A stretch of DNA of 64,000 nucleotides, taken from positions 1-64,000 of the forward strand of contig JBFLWF010000005.1 in NCBI GenBank assembly GCA_040758355.1. Reading direction: 5' to 3'. The notes below the pieces were generated by a model. That model ran no database searches. It was given only the letters and a program-made list of their open reading frames with translations, and was not told the DNA's origin. The stretch's first letter is position 1; every line of letters begins with the position of its first letter. Shown here in pieces: positions 29,324 through 39,222 of the stretch. The position numbers and the translations under genes are program-made. Source of the DNA: Nitrospirota bacterium (GTDB lineage Bacteria; Nitrospirota; Thermodesulfovibrionia; Thermodesulfovibrionales; Dissulfurispiraceae).

Positions 29324-31186
29324 CTAAAGTCTGTCGATAAGCTCGTGCAGCACCGGATATTCCTGCTTTAAAACACTTATGTCTTCCTTCAATAGTCTTA
29401 AGCCTTCAGGAATATGCTTTAAGAAATATTTCTTGCCCTTTACCATAGAAAGAAAACCGTATGCGCCAAGAGCCTGCATATGCCTCTGAATGCGGCATAG
29501 AGGAAGTGACTCAAGAAAATCATTTTCATTGAGTTTGTTTTTCATTTGTTCAAGATAATGCTCAAGCAGTCTTTCACGCATGCCTTCGGCGAGCCTGAAA
29601 TAAGGGTCCCAGAGCATTGATGCAATATCATATGCCGGAGGCCCTATCCTCGCTCCCTGATAATCTATCAGTCTTGGAATGCCTTTTGTAATCATAATAT
29701 TCTGCGACTGGAAGTCGCGGTGGATTACTGTCTTCTGATAAGAATCCGCCTTTTGCGCCAATTTGTGGAATTCTTCATTTAATGCGGATATATTTTCAAT
29801 ATCCACCCTTTTCAACTGTTTCACGAACCTCTCAATAAAATAATCGGTCTCCCATCTGAAATGCTCATAATCAAAGACTCTTTCCTGAAGTAACGGGCAT
29901 TCCGAAATATTTTGAAAGACGCCTGTATGAATCGATACTGCAATATCCATGACCTTTTTGTACATATCTTCTATCTGCTCAGGTTCGCGCGAATATTTAA
30001 GCCAGCTATAAAGCGACAAATCACCGAAGTCTTTAAATAAAGCAGTCATTTCTTCAAAATTGACATCAAGCAATTCAGGGACAGGGATTTTATGCTTTCC
30101 GAAAAATTTTGTGTACTCTATATGCCGATGAAAATCAGGGTCTTCTTTTTTGTATTTCACAAACACAGCAGTCGAATTATCATTCTTCATTCTGTAATAC
30201 TTTCTGTCAGAGCCTCCTGTGCCGATAAGAATTAATCCATTATCTCCGGAAGTGCCGAGCATCTCTGTCTCGTCGAGATTGATCTCAAAATCAGGCCCGA
30301 TTATACAGTTTTCGTATTTTTTTTCTTCAGGCTGGCTGCCCTCAAGCACGATGCAGTTTCTGAAAGAAGATGCATCATCAATAATGCAGCCTTTCTCTAT
30401 AGCGACATAGCCGTCAATTTCGATATCCGGGCAACATCCCATCAATGGATGAATGTATATTGTTTCGCCGTCAGCCCTTAATACATCAATTATTGCAGAG
30501 GCATATGCCTGTGGTGTTCCTATATCATTCCAGTAGCATCCGGTAAAATCGAGTGCCTTTACCTTATGTCCTACCTTTGCTGCCGCAAGCCATGCAACTG
30601 TGGCATGTGAAACTCCTTTGGGCAGAAACTTCAGAATCTCCGGAGAGTAGACCGCAATTCCTGTATATGCGGCTTTTCTACCTGAAGTTTCAGGATTTGG
30701 CATTGAAGTGCCAGGATTCTCGACATCCACGACATATCCCCTTTCATCCAGAACAACATTGTTGTATCTTGGATAATTATGCGTTGCGAGTGTCGCAATA
30801 TTGCCCTCTGAAAGATGTGTTTCTATCAGAAGCAAAAAATCGATGTCAGAGACAATGTCGGAATTGTGCGCAAGGAAGTGTCCTCCTGCAAGAAAGCCTT
30901 CTGCATTCTTCAATGCCCCGCCTGTGCCGAGGATCGGGTCTTCATAAAACAATTCAATGCGCTCTGAGAACGCAGAGTTTCTGGCCCAATCTCTTAACAT
31001 ATCGGCCTTATAATGAAGATTTATGCCTATTCTGCCGGTGGATATCAGAGAGAATTTTTCAATGATGCCCTCTATTAATGGCTTCCCGAGAATCGGAAGC
31101 AAGGGTTTCGGGATGTGATTGGTAATAGGCCTAAGCCTTTCGCCGAGACCAGCGGCAAGAATAAAGGCATTAAGCTTTTTAGTCAT
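29324..31186 (-). CDS. MurU-like nucleotidyltransferase fused to AmgK-like phosphotransferase
   Basis: ILAAGLGERLRPIT..PKPL and WNDIGT; C-half GGSDRKYYR, IHRDFQSQN, LIDYQGA, QRHMQALG. Confidence 0.82.
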   Translation of the reverse strand: MTKKLNAFILAAGLGERLRPITNHIPKPLLPILGKPLIEGIIEKFSLISTGRIGINLHYKADMLRDWARNSAFSERIELFYEDPILGTGGALKNAEGFLAGGHFLAHNSDIVSDIDFLLLIETHLSEGNIATLATHNYPRYNNVVLDERGYVVDVENPGTSMPNPETSGRKAAYTGIAVYSPEILKFLPKGVSHATVAWLAAAKVGHKVKALDFTGCYWNDIGTPQAYASAIIDVLRADGETIYIHPLMGCCPDIEIDGYVAIEKGCIIDDASSFRNCIVLEGSQPEEKKYENCIIGPDFEINLDETEMLGTSGDNGLILIGTGGSDRKYYRMKNDNSTAVFVKYKKEDPDFHRHIEYTKFFGKHKIPVPELLDVNFEEMTALFKDFGDLSLYSWLKYSREPEQIEDMYKKVMDIAVSIHTGVFQNISECPLLQERVFDYEHFRWETDYFIERFVKQLKRVDIENISALNEEFHKLAQKADSYQKTVIHRDFQSQNIMITKGIPRLIDYQGARIGPPAYDIASMLWDPYFRLAEGMRERLLEHYLEQMKNKLNENDFLESLPLCRIQRHMQALGAYGFLSMVKGKKYFLKHIPEGLRLLKEDISVLKQEYPVLHELIDRL

Positions 31187-32360
31187 AAAGCAGATAGGAC
31201 TTCCTTTTATTTTTTGCAAATAAATAGCACTCCTCGCTCCACCACTTCTCCATCCTATCGAGAGCTACACCGTTTTCTATATCATTCCTGAGCCTGTCGC
31301 TCCCTGCGAGTATGTCTATCGGCATCTTTATTGTCTCATACTCATAAGGAGGTTTCTTCCATTGGAATTCACTCGGATAAAGGTCATGCACAGCCTTGAT
31401 TATCGCCACGCCGGTTTTGAAAGGTTTGAACTTCTCCCTGTTTGTTACATGTATCTGTGCGCCTCCGCATAGTTTGCCCGCATGTTTTTGGAATGTGGGC
31501 TGAAAATACACGGGTCTGAAAATTACTCCCGATAGTTTAAATTCATTCAGCCGCTTAACAAGCTTATCTGGTTCTATAAACGGAGCACCAAAAATCTCAA
31601 ACGGCCTTGTAGTTCCCCTCCCCTCGCTAAGCATGGTTCCTTCAAGAAGGCACATGCCGGGATACACAACGGCAGTGTCTAATATCGGCATATTTGGAGA
31701 CGGTAGAACCCAAGGAAGTTCGGTATCATCAAACCACATCTTGCGCTTCCATCCATTCATAGAAATAATATGCAAATCTAAAGATGGATAAAGTTCATTT
31801 CTCAAATAATTGCCTATCTCGCCAATGGTCATGCCGTGTCTGACAGGAAGTGGCCTTTGCCCCACAAATGATGCATAATTCACATCAAGCACAGGGCCTT
31901 CGGTAATATGCCCTCCAATCGGGTTCGGCCTGTCAAGGATAACAACCGACTTATTATTCTCAAGACACGCCTGCATACAAAGCTCCATTGTCCATATAAA
32001 TGTGTAGTAGCGGGAGCCCACATCCTGCATGTCTATTGCCATAATATCGATATCCTTCAGCATTTCAGGTTCAGGTTTTCTTGCATGTCCATAAAGGCTG
32101 TAAACAGGAAGGCCTGTTTTTTTATCTGTAAAACCCTCCCATTCAATCATGTTGTCCTGGGTTTCTCCCCTGATTCCGTGCTGGGGGCCGAAGAATGCAT
32201 TTAATTGAAACTTCTTCGATTTCAATGCAAAGTCTGCTGCATGCTCAAGTTTTTTATTAACAGAAGCAGGATGCACCACAAGCCCCACCCTTGCGCCTTT
32301 CAATTGCTTCGGCCAATGTTTCTCAAGTTTGTCCAATCCAGTTAATATCGATTTAGCCAT
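31179..32360 (-). CDS. namZ: exo-beta-N-acetylmuramidase NamZ (DUF1343)
   Basis: FGPQHG, VYSLYG, DMQDVGSRYYT, LDRPNPIG, RHGMTIGE, SEGRGTTRPFE. Confidence 0.9.
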   Translation of the reverse strand: MAKSILTGLDKLEKHWPKQLKGARVGLVVHPASVNKKLEHAADFALKSKKFQLNAFFGPQHGIRGETQDNMIEWEGFTDKKTGLPVYSLYGHARKPEPEMLKDIDIMAIDMQDVGSRYYTFIWTMELCMQACLENNKSVVILDRPNPIGGHITEGPVLDVNYASFVGQRPLPVRHGMTIGEIGNYLRNELYPSLDLHIISMNGWKRKMWFDDTELPWVLPSPNMPILDTAVVYPGMCLLEGTMLSEGRGTTRPFEIFGAPFIEPDKLVKRLNEFKLSGVIFRPVYFQPTFQKHAGKLCGGAQIHVTNREKFKPFKTGVAIIKAVHDLYPSEFQWKKPPYEYETIKMPIDILAGSDRLRNDIENGVALDRMEKWWSEECYLFAKNKRKSYLLYD

Positions 32361-32396
32361 GACAATATAGTAACATTTCTGCTAAAATTTTCTGCC

Positions 32397-33299
32397 ATGT
32401 TACTGCAGCAGTTGATAAACGGTCTGACACTGGGCGGGGTTTATGCCATTATAGCCATCGGCTATACGATGGTCTATGGAATACTCGAACTCATAAACTT
32501 TGCCCACGGCGAGATTTATATGCTCGGCGCTTACCTCGCAATCATATTCTTGGGTCTTTTTACCGCAATGGGATTAACAGCAACAAGCCTTCCCCTCGCA
32601 CTTATTTTAACCGCCATACTGACAATAATCTTCTGCTCTGCTTACGGCTTTACAATGGAAAAGGTTGCATATAAGCCATTGAGAAATGCGCCAAGGCTCA
32701 GCCCTTTGATAAGCGCAATAGGGGTATCCATCTTCCTTCAAAACTATGTCATGCTCACACAGGGAGCGACGGACAAGGTCTTTCCTCAGCGATTCGGAGA
32801 AGCAGGCTTTCAGTTTATGAATGTCAATGTGACTTATCTTCAGGCAATGATAATATTAGTCTCAGGGTTGTTAATGTTTTTCCTTCATCTATTCATTCAC
32901 AAGACACGAATGGGCAAGGCAATGAGGGCAACTGCGCAGGACAAGACAATGGCAGCCCTTGTGGGAATAAATGTGGACAGCATCATATCCGTTACATTCA
33001 TCATCGGCGCCGGTCTTGCAGCAGTGGCAGGCATTATGGTCGCTTCATACTACGGCCTTGTAAATTATTTCATCGGATATATCGCAGGGATTAAGGCCTT
33101 TACAGCAGCAGTCCTCGGAGGAATCGGGAATATTCCCGGTGCAATGTTAGGAGGCATAATCCTCGGCCTCGTGGAAAGCACCGGTGCAGCATACATATCC
33201 AGCGAATACAAGGATGCATATGCATTCATCATACTTATCGTCATTTTGCTCATAAAGCCATCAGGAATACTCGGAAAAACCACAGAGGAAAAGGTATGA
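32397..33299 (+). CDS. livH: branched-chain amino acid ABC permease
   Basis: GYTMVYGILELINFAHG, GKAMRA, KAFTAAVLGG. Confidence 0.93.
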   Translation: MLLQQLINGLTLGGVYAIIAIGYTMVYGILELINFAHGEIYMLGAYLAIIFLGLFTAMGLTATSLPLALILTAILTIIFCSAYGFTMEKVAYKPLRNAPRLSPLISAIGVSIFLQNYVMLTQGATDKVFPQRFGEAGFQFMNVNVTYLQAMIILVSGLLMFFLHLFIHKTRMGKAMRATAQDKTMAALVGINVDSIISVTFIIGAGLAAVAGIMVASYYGLVNYFIGYIAGIKAFTAAVLGGIGNIPGAMLGGIILGLVESTGAAYISSEYKDAYAFIILIVILLIKPSGILGKTTEEKV

Positions 33300-34393
33300 A
33301 ACCGATTCTCATTGCCCTGCTGGCAGCCTTGTTATTCCTTCCATTCAAAGGCCTGAATGCAGCGGGCATAATGTTTATAGGTGTTCTCGCCTTGTTGTCT
33401 GCTGTCTCTCTTTTAAAAAAAACAAAAGTTATCGATGCAATAAAAGCCATTCGCATTCCTGAAATTGGAAGGTTTAGGACATTTTTCATCCCTGTCTTGC
33501 TGATTTCGTCTCTCGTCTTTCCTTTCATATTAAAGGATTATTATATCGATGTTCTAATAATGTCAGGGATATACATCCTTCTTGCCCTTGGCTTAAATAT
33601 CATCGTTGGTTTCACAGGGCTTCTTAATTTAGGCTTTGCTGCCTTTTATGCCATAGGCGCTTACACATATGCTATTCTCAATACAAAGATAGGTCTCAGT
33701 TTCTGGGCATCGCTGCCCATTTCTGCATCCCTTGCTGCGCTTGCAGGGCTGTTGCTTGCAATACCTGCCCTGAGGCTCAGAGGCGACTATTTAGCAATAG
33801 TAACTCTGGGATTCGGTGAAATAGTCCGCCTTGTCCTGAACAACTGGGACAGCCTTACAAACGGCCCAAACGGCATAACAGGAATATCCCGTCCTTTGCT
33901 CATGGGATTTTCTCTTGCACAACTCGAATATTACTACTATCTCATATTTGTCATTGTAATTTTCGCTGTAGTGGTGATCAAAAGAGTTGAATCATCGAGG
34001 ATCGGCAGGGCATGGATAGCAATAAAGGAGAACGAAATCGCTGCATCTTCGATGGGAATAAACACAACGAAATATAAACTATACGCCTTTACCTTTGGAA
34101 CATTCTGGGCAGGAATAGCAGGAATATTATTTTCTGCAAAGATGCAGTTCGTCTCGCCCGAAAGCTTTACCTTTATGGAATCTATTTTAATCCTGAGCAT
34201 GATTATACTTGGAGGGATAGGAAATACATATGGTGCGATTATTGGTGCATTTATTCTTGTTATCCTGCCTGAAGTGTTGAGAGAAGTCCAGTTATACAGA
34301 ATGCTCATTCTTGGAATCGGCCTTGTCCTTCTCATGATATTCAGGCCACAGGGAATCTTAGGGGGAGTAAAGGGTGTACATTTTAGAAGTTAG
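33296..34393 (+). CDS. livM: branched-chain amino acid ABC permease
   Basis: GLNIIVG, LRLRGDYLAIVTLGFGEI. Confidence 0.93.
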   Translation: MKPILIALLAALLFLPFKGLNAAGIMFIGVLALLSAVSLLKKTKVIDAIKAIRIPEIGRFRTFFIPVLLISSLVFPFILKDYYIDVLIMSGIYILLALGLNIIVGFTGLLNLGFAAFYAIGAYTYAILNTKIGLSFWASLPISASLAALAGLLLAIPALRLRGDYLAIVTLGFGEIVRLVLNNWDSLTNGPNGITGISRPLLMGFSLAQLEYYYYLIFVIVIFAVVVIKRVESSRIGRAWIAIKENEIAASSMGINTTKYKLYAFTFGTFWAGIAGILFSAKMQFVSPESFTFMESILILSMIILGGIGNTYGAIIGAFILVILPEVLREVQLYRMLILGIGLVLLMIFRPQGILGGVKGVHFRS

Positions 34394-35138
34394 GGAATTA
34401 ACCAAGCACTTCGGCGGAATAAGGGCAGTTGAGGATGCGAGTTTTAAGGTAAAGGGAGGAGACATAGTCAGCATCATAGGCCCCAATGGCGCAGGAAAGA
34501 CCACCCTTTTCAACTGTCTTACCGGAATAACAAAGCCTACAAAAGGACACATATATTTTATGGACAATGAAATCTCAAAGCTCCCTGCCCATAAAGTCTC
34601 AGAGATCGGCATTTCACGGACATTCCAGAATATAAGGTTGTTTTCAGAAATGACCGTAATGGAGAATGTTATGGTCTCTCAGCATGCCAGAACGAAATAC
34701 GGCTTTTTGAGCGCAGTATTGCAGGGAACCAATTTCAGGAAAAAAGAGCAGATAATAAGGGAAAAGGCATTTGAATATTTAGAGCTTGTCGGGCTTGAAA
34801 ATTATGTAGATAATATGGCAAGTAATCTCCCCTACGGAAGCCAGAGAAGGCTTGAGATCGCAAGGGCTTTGGCAACCGAGGCAAAGATAATTCTTCTGGA
34901 TGAACCCACGGCCGGCATGAACCCAATGGAGACCTCGGAAGTTATGTCATTAATAAAAAAGATTCAGGAACTTGGAAAGACCATAATCCTCATAGAACAT
35001 GATATGCGGCTCGTGATGGGCATATCCGACTGGGTGATTGTGTTAGACCACGGGGTCAAGATTGCAGAAGGACTGCCAGAAAATGTAAAAAACGACCCGC
35101 TGGTAATAGAGGCGTATCTCGGAAGGGAGGTACATTAA
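34374..35138 (+). CDS. livG: branched-chain amino acid ABC ATPase
   Basis: GPNGAGKTT, RTFQN, LPYG.QRRLEIARA, LLDEP. Confidence 0.93.
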   Translation: MYILEVRELTKHFGGIRAVEDASFKVKGGDIVSIIGPNGAGKTTLFNCLTGITKPTKGHIYFMDNEISKLPAHKVSEIGISRTFQNIRLFSEMTVMENVMVSQHARTKYGFLSAVLQGTNFRKKEQIIREKAFEYLELVGLENYVDNMASNLPYGSQRRLEIARALATEAKIILLDEPTAGMNPMETSEVMSLIKKIQELGKTIILIEHDMRLVMGISDWVIVLDHGVKIAEGLPENVKNDPLVIEAYLGREVH

Positions 35139-35225
35139 GTGATTTTATATGTCAGGCACTGCTCAAAGACTCCCTCTTTTCGCAGCACCTGACATATATA
35201 TTTAGATTAAAATTGCACAATTTAG
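35131..35225. mobile_element. internally deleted copy of nested-IR MITE
   Basis: TATATGTCAGGCACTGCTCAAAGACT...CCTGACATATA inside outer TACATTAAGTGATT/AATTGCACAATTTAG. Confidence 0.65.
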
Positions 35226-35234
35226 GTTAAGATT

Positions 35235-35948
35235 ATGCTTAAGCTTGAATCCATACATACATCATACGGTCATATAAAGGCATTAAAAGGTATAGACATT
35301 GAGGTTAATAAAGGCGAAATTGTCTGCCTTATAGGCAGCAATGGCGCTGGAAAAACGACTACTCTTTTGACAATCTCAGGTATTTTAAGACCTGTCTCCG
35401 GAGATATAATCTTTGAAGGAGAATCTTTAAAAAATGAATCTCCTCACAATATTGTAAATAAAGGCATCTGCCATATTCCTGAAGGAAGGAGAATATTTCC
35501 AAGGCTTACAGTGCTGGAAAACCTTGAAATGGGGGCGTATTCTGTAAATTTCAAATATCAAATTTCAAATTTCAAAAATAACATTGAAAAGGTCTTCAGC
35601 CTATTCCCTGTCCTTAAAGAAAGGACAAAACAACCTGGAGGGACGCTGAGCGGCGGAGAACAGCAGATGTTAGCCATCGGAAGGGCTTTGATGGCAAATC
35701 CAAAACTCCTTCTCCTCGATGAGCCATCCCTCGGCCTTGCACCCATAATGGTGAGCAAGATATTCAGGACCATTAAAGAGATAAATGAAGAAGGGGTTAC
35801 GATCCTTATAGTCGAACAGAATGCAAAGGCAGCGCTGAGGCTCTCACACAGGGGCTATGTCCTCGAAAACGGCACGATAAAACTACAGGGAAGCGGAGAA
35901 GACCTCTTGCACAACGAGGATGTGAAAAAGGCTTATCTGGGGGAATAG
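35235..35948 (+). CDS. livF: branched-chain amino acid ABC ATPase
   Basis: GSNGAGKTT, PEGRRIF, LSGGEQQM, LLDEPSLGL. Confidence 0.94.
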   Translation: MLKLESIHTSYGHIKALKGIDIEVNKGEIVCLIGSNGAGKTTTLLTISGILRPVSGDIIFEGESLKNESPHNIVNKGICHIPEGRRIFPRLTVLENLEMGAYSVNFKYQISNFKNNIEKVFSLFPVLKERTKQPGGTLSGGEQQMLAIGRALMANPKLLLLDEPSLGLAPIMVSKIFRTIKEINEEGVTILIVEQNAKAALRLSHRGYVLENGTIKLQGSGEDLLHNEDVKKAYLGE

Positions 35949-35953
35949 TTTTT

Positions 35954-37915
35954 TCATCCCTCATACACCACTTTCCCCATATCCCTTATATCATATCCTC
36001 CAAGGGATTCGACTGTTTGTCTGAATTCTTCATTATTTCTGATTATTTCGAGGATGATTTGTACCATCTCTGTATCCATAAATTCATGAGGCATGGCTAA
36101 ATCATAGCGCTCATTGGCAACCGGAATGAAGTCGAGGCCGAGGGCATTTGCAGAGGAATAGACGGCAAGGCCGGTGTCTGCAAGGCCTGTGAGCACTGCT
36201 GATGCAACGGCCATGTGTGTATATTCCTCCCTGTCGTACCCCTTCACCATGTATGGATTAATTCCGAGTTCTTTTAAATGTTTGTCCAGCAAAAGCCTTG
36301 TGCCCGAACCTCCCTGCCTGTTAATGAAAATAACATCATTCCTTATGAGGTCTTCAAAACCTTTGATATTCTTTGGATTGCCTTTTTTTACCAAAAGCCC
36401 CTGCCGGCGATAGACGAGATTCACGAGTACAATTTTTTTATCTGACAGCAATCTTTTTATGAACGGTATATTATATTCACCCGACTGTTCATCCAGAAGA
36501 TGCGTTCCTGCAAAATGCGCCTCCCCTCTCTTTAATGCCATAAGGCCGCCCATTGAACCTACGTGGGCAGACGATAGAGAAAATTCCGGATAGTTTTTCT
36601 TTATAGTATTTGCAAGGATGTCGAGTGTATTATCATGGCTGCCTATGCATACTATAGTATTTTTAATTTCGTTTTTCTTTCTTATGAGTTCAACATCAAC
36701 CTCCGTCCCTGCACTTAAAGCCTCTGTGTGTGCAGGAATCCTTACAATGCCGTCTGCCCTTACAAGTGACATAAGCAGTCCTGCGCCTCTGCCAACAGGT
36801 GTTGCAATGTACTTGTCATTAACGACACCGACCTTTACCCTTATGAATTCATCAATACCCATTGGTGATGCAATCTGCCTTGAGACCGTTGCTTTTATCT
36901 TTTCGTTCTCTTCTGCTGTTATACCAAGAAATCTTGCAATAACAGGCTTCACGAACAGTTGAAACGTCAAATACGCAGAGACAGGATAGCCTGGAATTCC
37001 GAATACAGGCTTATTGTTCACAAAGCCTGCAATCAAAGGCTTGCCCGGCTTAATGGAGACTCCATTTACAATCGCCTCGCCAAGCTCTTCTATTGCAGTT
37101 AATGTATAATCCTCGGAGCCCCTTCCTGAGCCTGCATTTATGAGGACTATATCGGATATCTTTGATGCCTCAACTATTGCGTTTTTAATTTCCTGCAAAT
37201 CGTCTTTGACTATTGAAAATCTAATGACCTCGGCACCAAGTTCCACAGCAAGTCCTGAAAGCACTGCAGAGTTATATTCAACTATTTCAGGAGGCTGGGG
37301 CAGCCTGTCCTTCACTGTCTCAGGCTCTATAATCTCTGTGCCTGTGGGAATTATCGCAACCTTCGGTTTCTTCCGTACAGATACTCCTGTGTGGCCGCTT
37401 GCAAGCATGGCTCCAATATCTATGGGTCTTATTCTGTGATTCTCAGGGATGATCAACTCTGTTGCAACAATATCTTCTCCGATTGTTCTCACATGCTGAT
37501 AAGGGGTGGCAGGCTGATAAATCTCAATATATTCTTCCTCTTGACCCTTGACCCCTGACCCTTGACCCGTAATGATATTCACATCCTCGATCATAATAAC
37601 CGCATTAAAGCCCTCCGGCATTGGGTCTCCAGTATCGACATACACGGCTTCGTATCCGATTTTGAGCATGCATGGAGACGTCTCGGATGCCGTGAACGTA
37701 TCGGTGAACCTCACTGCATAACCGTCCATTGCAGCGGAATGATAGAAAGGCGATGAGTACCGTGCAAATACAGGCTCTGCGGTTATCCGGTCAAGGGAGT
37801 CGGTAATATTTATGACTTCAGAAGAAAGGCGATTAAGCCCCATTGCATCGAGGTGTTTAAATAAAATCGAAATTGCTTCTTCAAGGGAAAGGCTGTCAAG
37901 GAATACCTGTTTCAT
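35954..37915 (-). CDS. MoeA fused to a C-terminal periplasmic-binding (PBP) domain
   Basis: AAMDGYA, PTGTEI, KPGKP, GIPGYP, then IGSHD, VGSMGGL, INRQGGSGTR; start MKQVF at 37915. Confidence 0.9.
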   Translation of the reverse strand: MKQVFLDSLSLEEAISILFKHLDAMGLNRLSSEVINITDSLDRITAEPVFARYSSPFYHSAAMDGYAVRFTDTFTASETSPCMLKIGYEAVYVDTGDPMPEGFNAVIMIEDVNIITGQGSGVKGQEEEYIEIYQPATPYQHVRTIGEDIVATELIIPENHRIRPIDIGAMLASGHTGVSVRKKPKVAIIPTGTEIIEPETVKDRLPQPPEIVEYNSAVLSGLAVELGAEVIRFSIVKDDLQEIKNAIVEASKISDIVLINAGSGRGSEDYTLTAIEELGEAIVNGVSIKPGKPLIAGFVNNKPVFGIPGYPVSAYLTFQLFVKPVIARFLGITAEENEKIKATVSRQIASPMGIDEFIRVKVGVVNDKYIATPVGRGAGLLMSLVRADGIVRIPAHTEALSAGTEVDVELIRKKNEIKNTIVCIGSHDNTLDILANTIKKNYPEFSLSSAHVGSMGGLMALKRGEAHFAGTHLLDEQSGEYNIPFIKRLLSDKKIVLVNLVYRRQGLLVKKGNPKNIKGFEDLIRNDVIFINRQGGSGTRLLLDKHLKELGINPYMVKGYDREEYTHMAVASAVLTGLADTGLAVYSSANALGLDFIPVANERYDLAMPHEFMDTEMVQIILEIIRNNEEFRQTVESLGGYDIRDMGKVVYEG

Positions 37916-37994
37916 AACTTTATGATATGCAAATCTTCTTAAGTATTCAATATCTTTTTGGGGAATAGCAGCCAAAAATTAAGACATGATCTGT

Positions 37995-38375
37995 CTATTT
38001 CGCGGATGCTTCTTTATTTGGAAAGTCGATTACTTTTGTTTCATCCTTCTGAATAATGGAACGTCCCTCAAATATGCCGCCCTCTGCAACAGACAATGTG
38101 CTTGTATGAATATCCCCCAGCAGCTTGCCCGTGTGTTTGATCTCCACAAGCTCATCTGCATTGACATTGCCCTCCACGCTGCCGCCGATTACCACGCATC
38201 GTGCCTTTATATCGCCTGTGACGGATGCGTCATCACCGAGGATAACCGAATCTGCAATAATGTTTCCTGTTAACTTTCCGTCAATCCTTAAAGTTCCATT
38301 GGCGGTTATATCGCCTTTGAATTCTGAATCAGGACCGATTAATGCCTCAAGTTTATTGTTTTTCTTTAGAAACAT
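37995..38375 (-). CDS. bactofilin (polymer-forming cytoskeletal protein)
   Basis: LIG..SEFKGDI...LRIDG..GNI beta-helix repeats, GGIFEG. Confidence 0.9.
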   Translation of the reverse strand: MFLKKNNKLEALIGPDSEFKGDITANGTLRIDGKLTGNIIADSVILGDDASVTGDIKARCVVIGGSVEGNVNADELVEIKHTGKLLGDIHTSTLSVAEGGIFEGRSIIQKDETKVIDFPNKEASAK

Positions 38376-39222
38376 TTTTTGCCTCCTTGATGAATGCCAT
38401 AGGGTTTACGGCCTTGCCGTTATGCCATACCTCATAGTGCAGATGAGGCCCTGTAGTATTTCCTGTAGAGCCAACATTAGCTATGATATCTCCCCTCTTT
38501 ACCTTCTGCCCCACCCTGACAACAATCGAACTGTTGTGGGCATAAAACGTGGAATATCCGAATCCATGCTCTACAACTACGAGATTTCCGTTCCCCGCGC
38601 TCCATCCCGAGAAGCTTACAATCCCGTCTGCAGTTGCCTTCACAGGTGTGCCTGTGCCTGCAGAAATATCAAGCCCTGAATGGAACTCCTGTCCTCCGTA
38701 CCTTGGATTCTCCCTGTTGCCGAATTCCGATGTTATCCTTCCCATAATAGGCCAGCCCTTTGGGGTCGAAATGTATATGTCTTTTTGGTTTTTCAAAAAA
38801 TCCTGAATCTCGGCAACTCTCTCAACGGTATTCTTTATCTGGTCTTTCAATAGATCCATGTCCAGCGAGCCGGCATCATGTATATTGACTTTGGAATTGA
38901 CATTCTCGAGTATCTTGTCCTTGCTCTTAAAGGATAAAAGCCTTTTAAACTCCGACTCTGCCTTTTCCAGCAGGGATATGGTTGTTTTAAGCTCCACAAA
39001 CTGGCCCATGTAAAAATTCAATTTGCTTTTCATATTGTAGTATTCGATGGTGTCTATGGCAACCGAGACGACGTATATAGAGCCGACCAGCCATAATATC
39101 ACGGATGACACAACGCCGATGGATGGGAGTTTTATATTGATTGTCCGCTTGCTGTCATGGGGTATGAGCATTATAGTGACGGGGGTGAAAAGTTTTCTAA
39201 AAAATCTTCTTAGTTTATACAT
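38353..39222 (-). CDS. membrane-anchored M23 peptidase
   Basis: TM helix, coiled coil, HSGLD, YAH, HLHYEV. Confidence 0.9.
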   Translation of the reverse strand: MYKLRRFFRKLFTPVTIMLIPHDSKRTINIKLPSIGVVSSVILWLVGSIYVVSVAIDTIEYYNMKSKLNFYMGQFVELKTTISLLEKAESEFKRLLSFKSKDKILENVNSKVNIHDAGSLDMDLLKDQIKNTVERVAEIQDFLKNQKDIYISTPKGWPIMGRITSEFGNRENPRYGGQEFHSGLDISAGTGTPVKATADGIVSFSGWSAGNGNLVVVEHGFGYSTFYAHNSSIVVRVGQKVKRGDIIANVGSTGNTTGPHLHYEVWHNGKAVNPMAFIKEAKNVSKEKQ

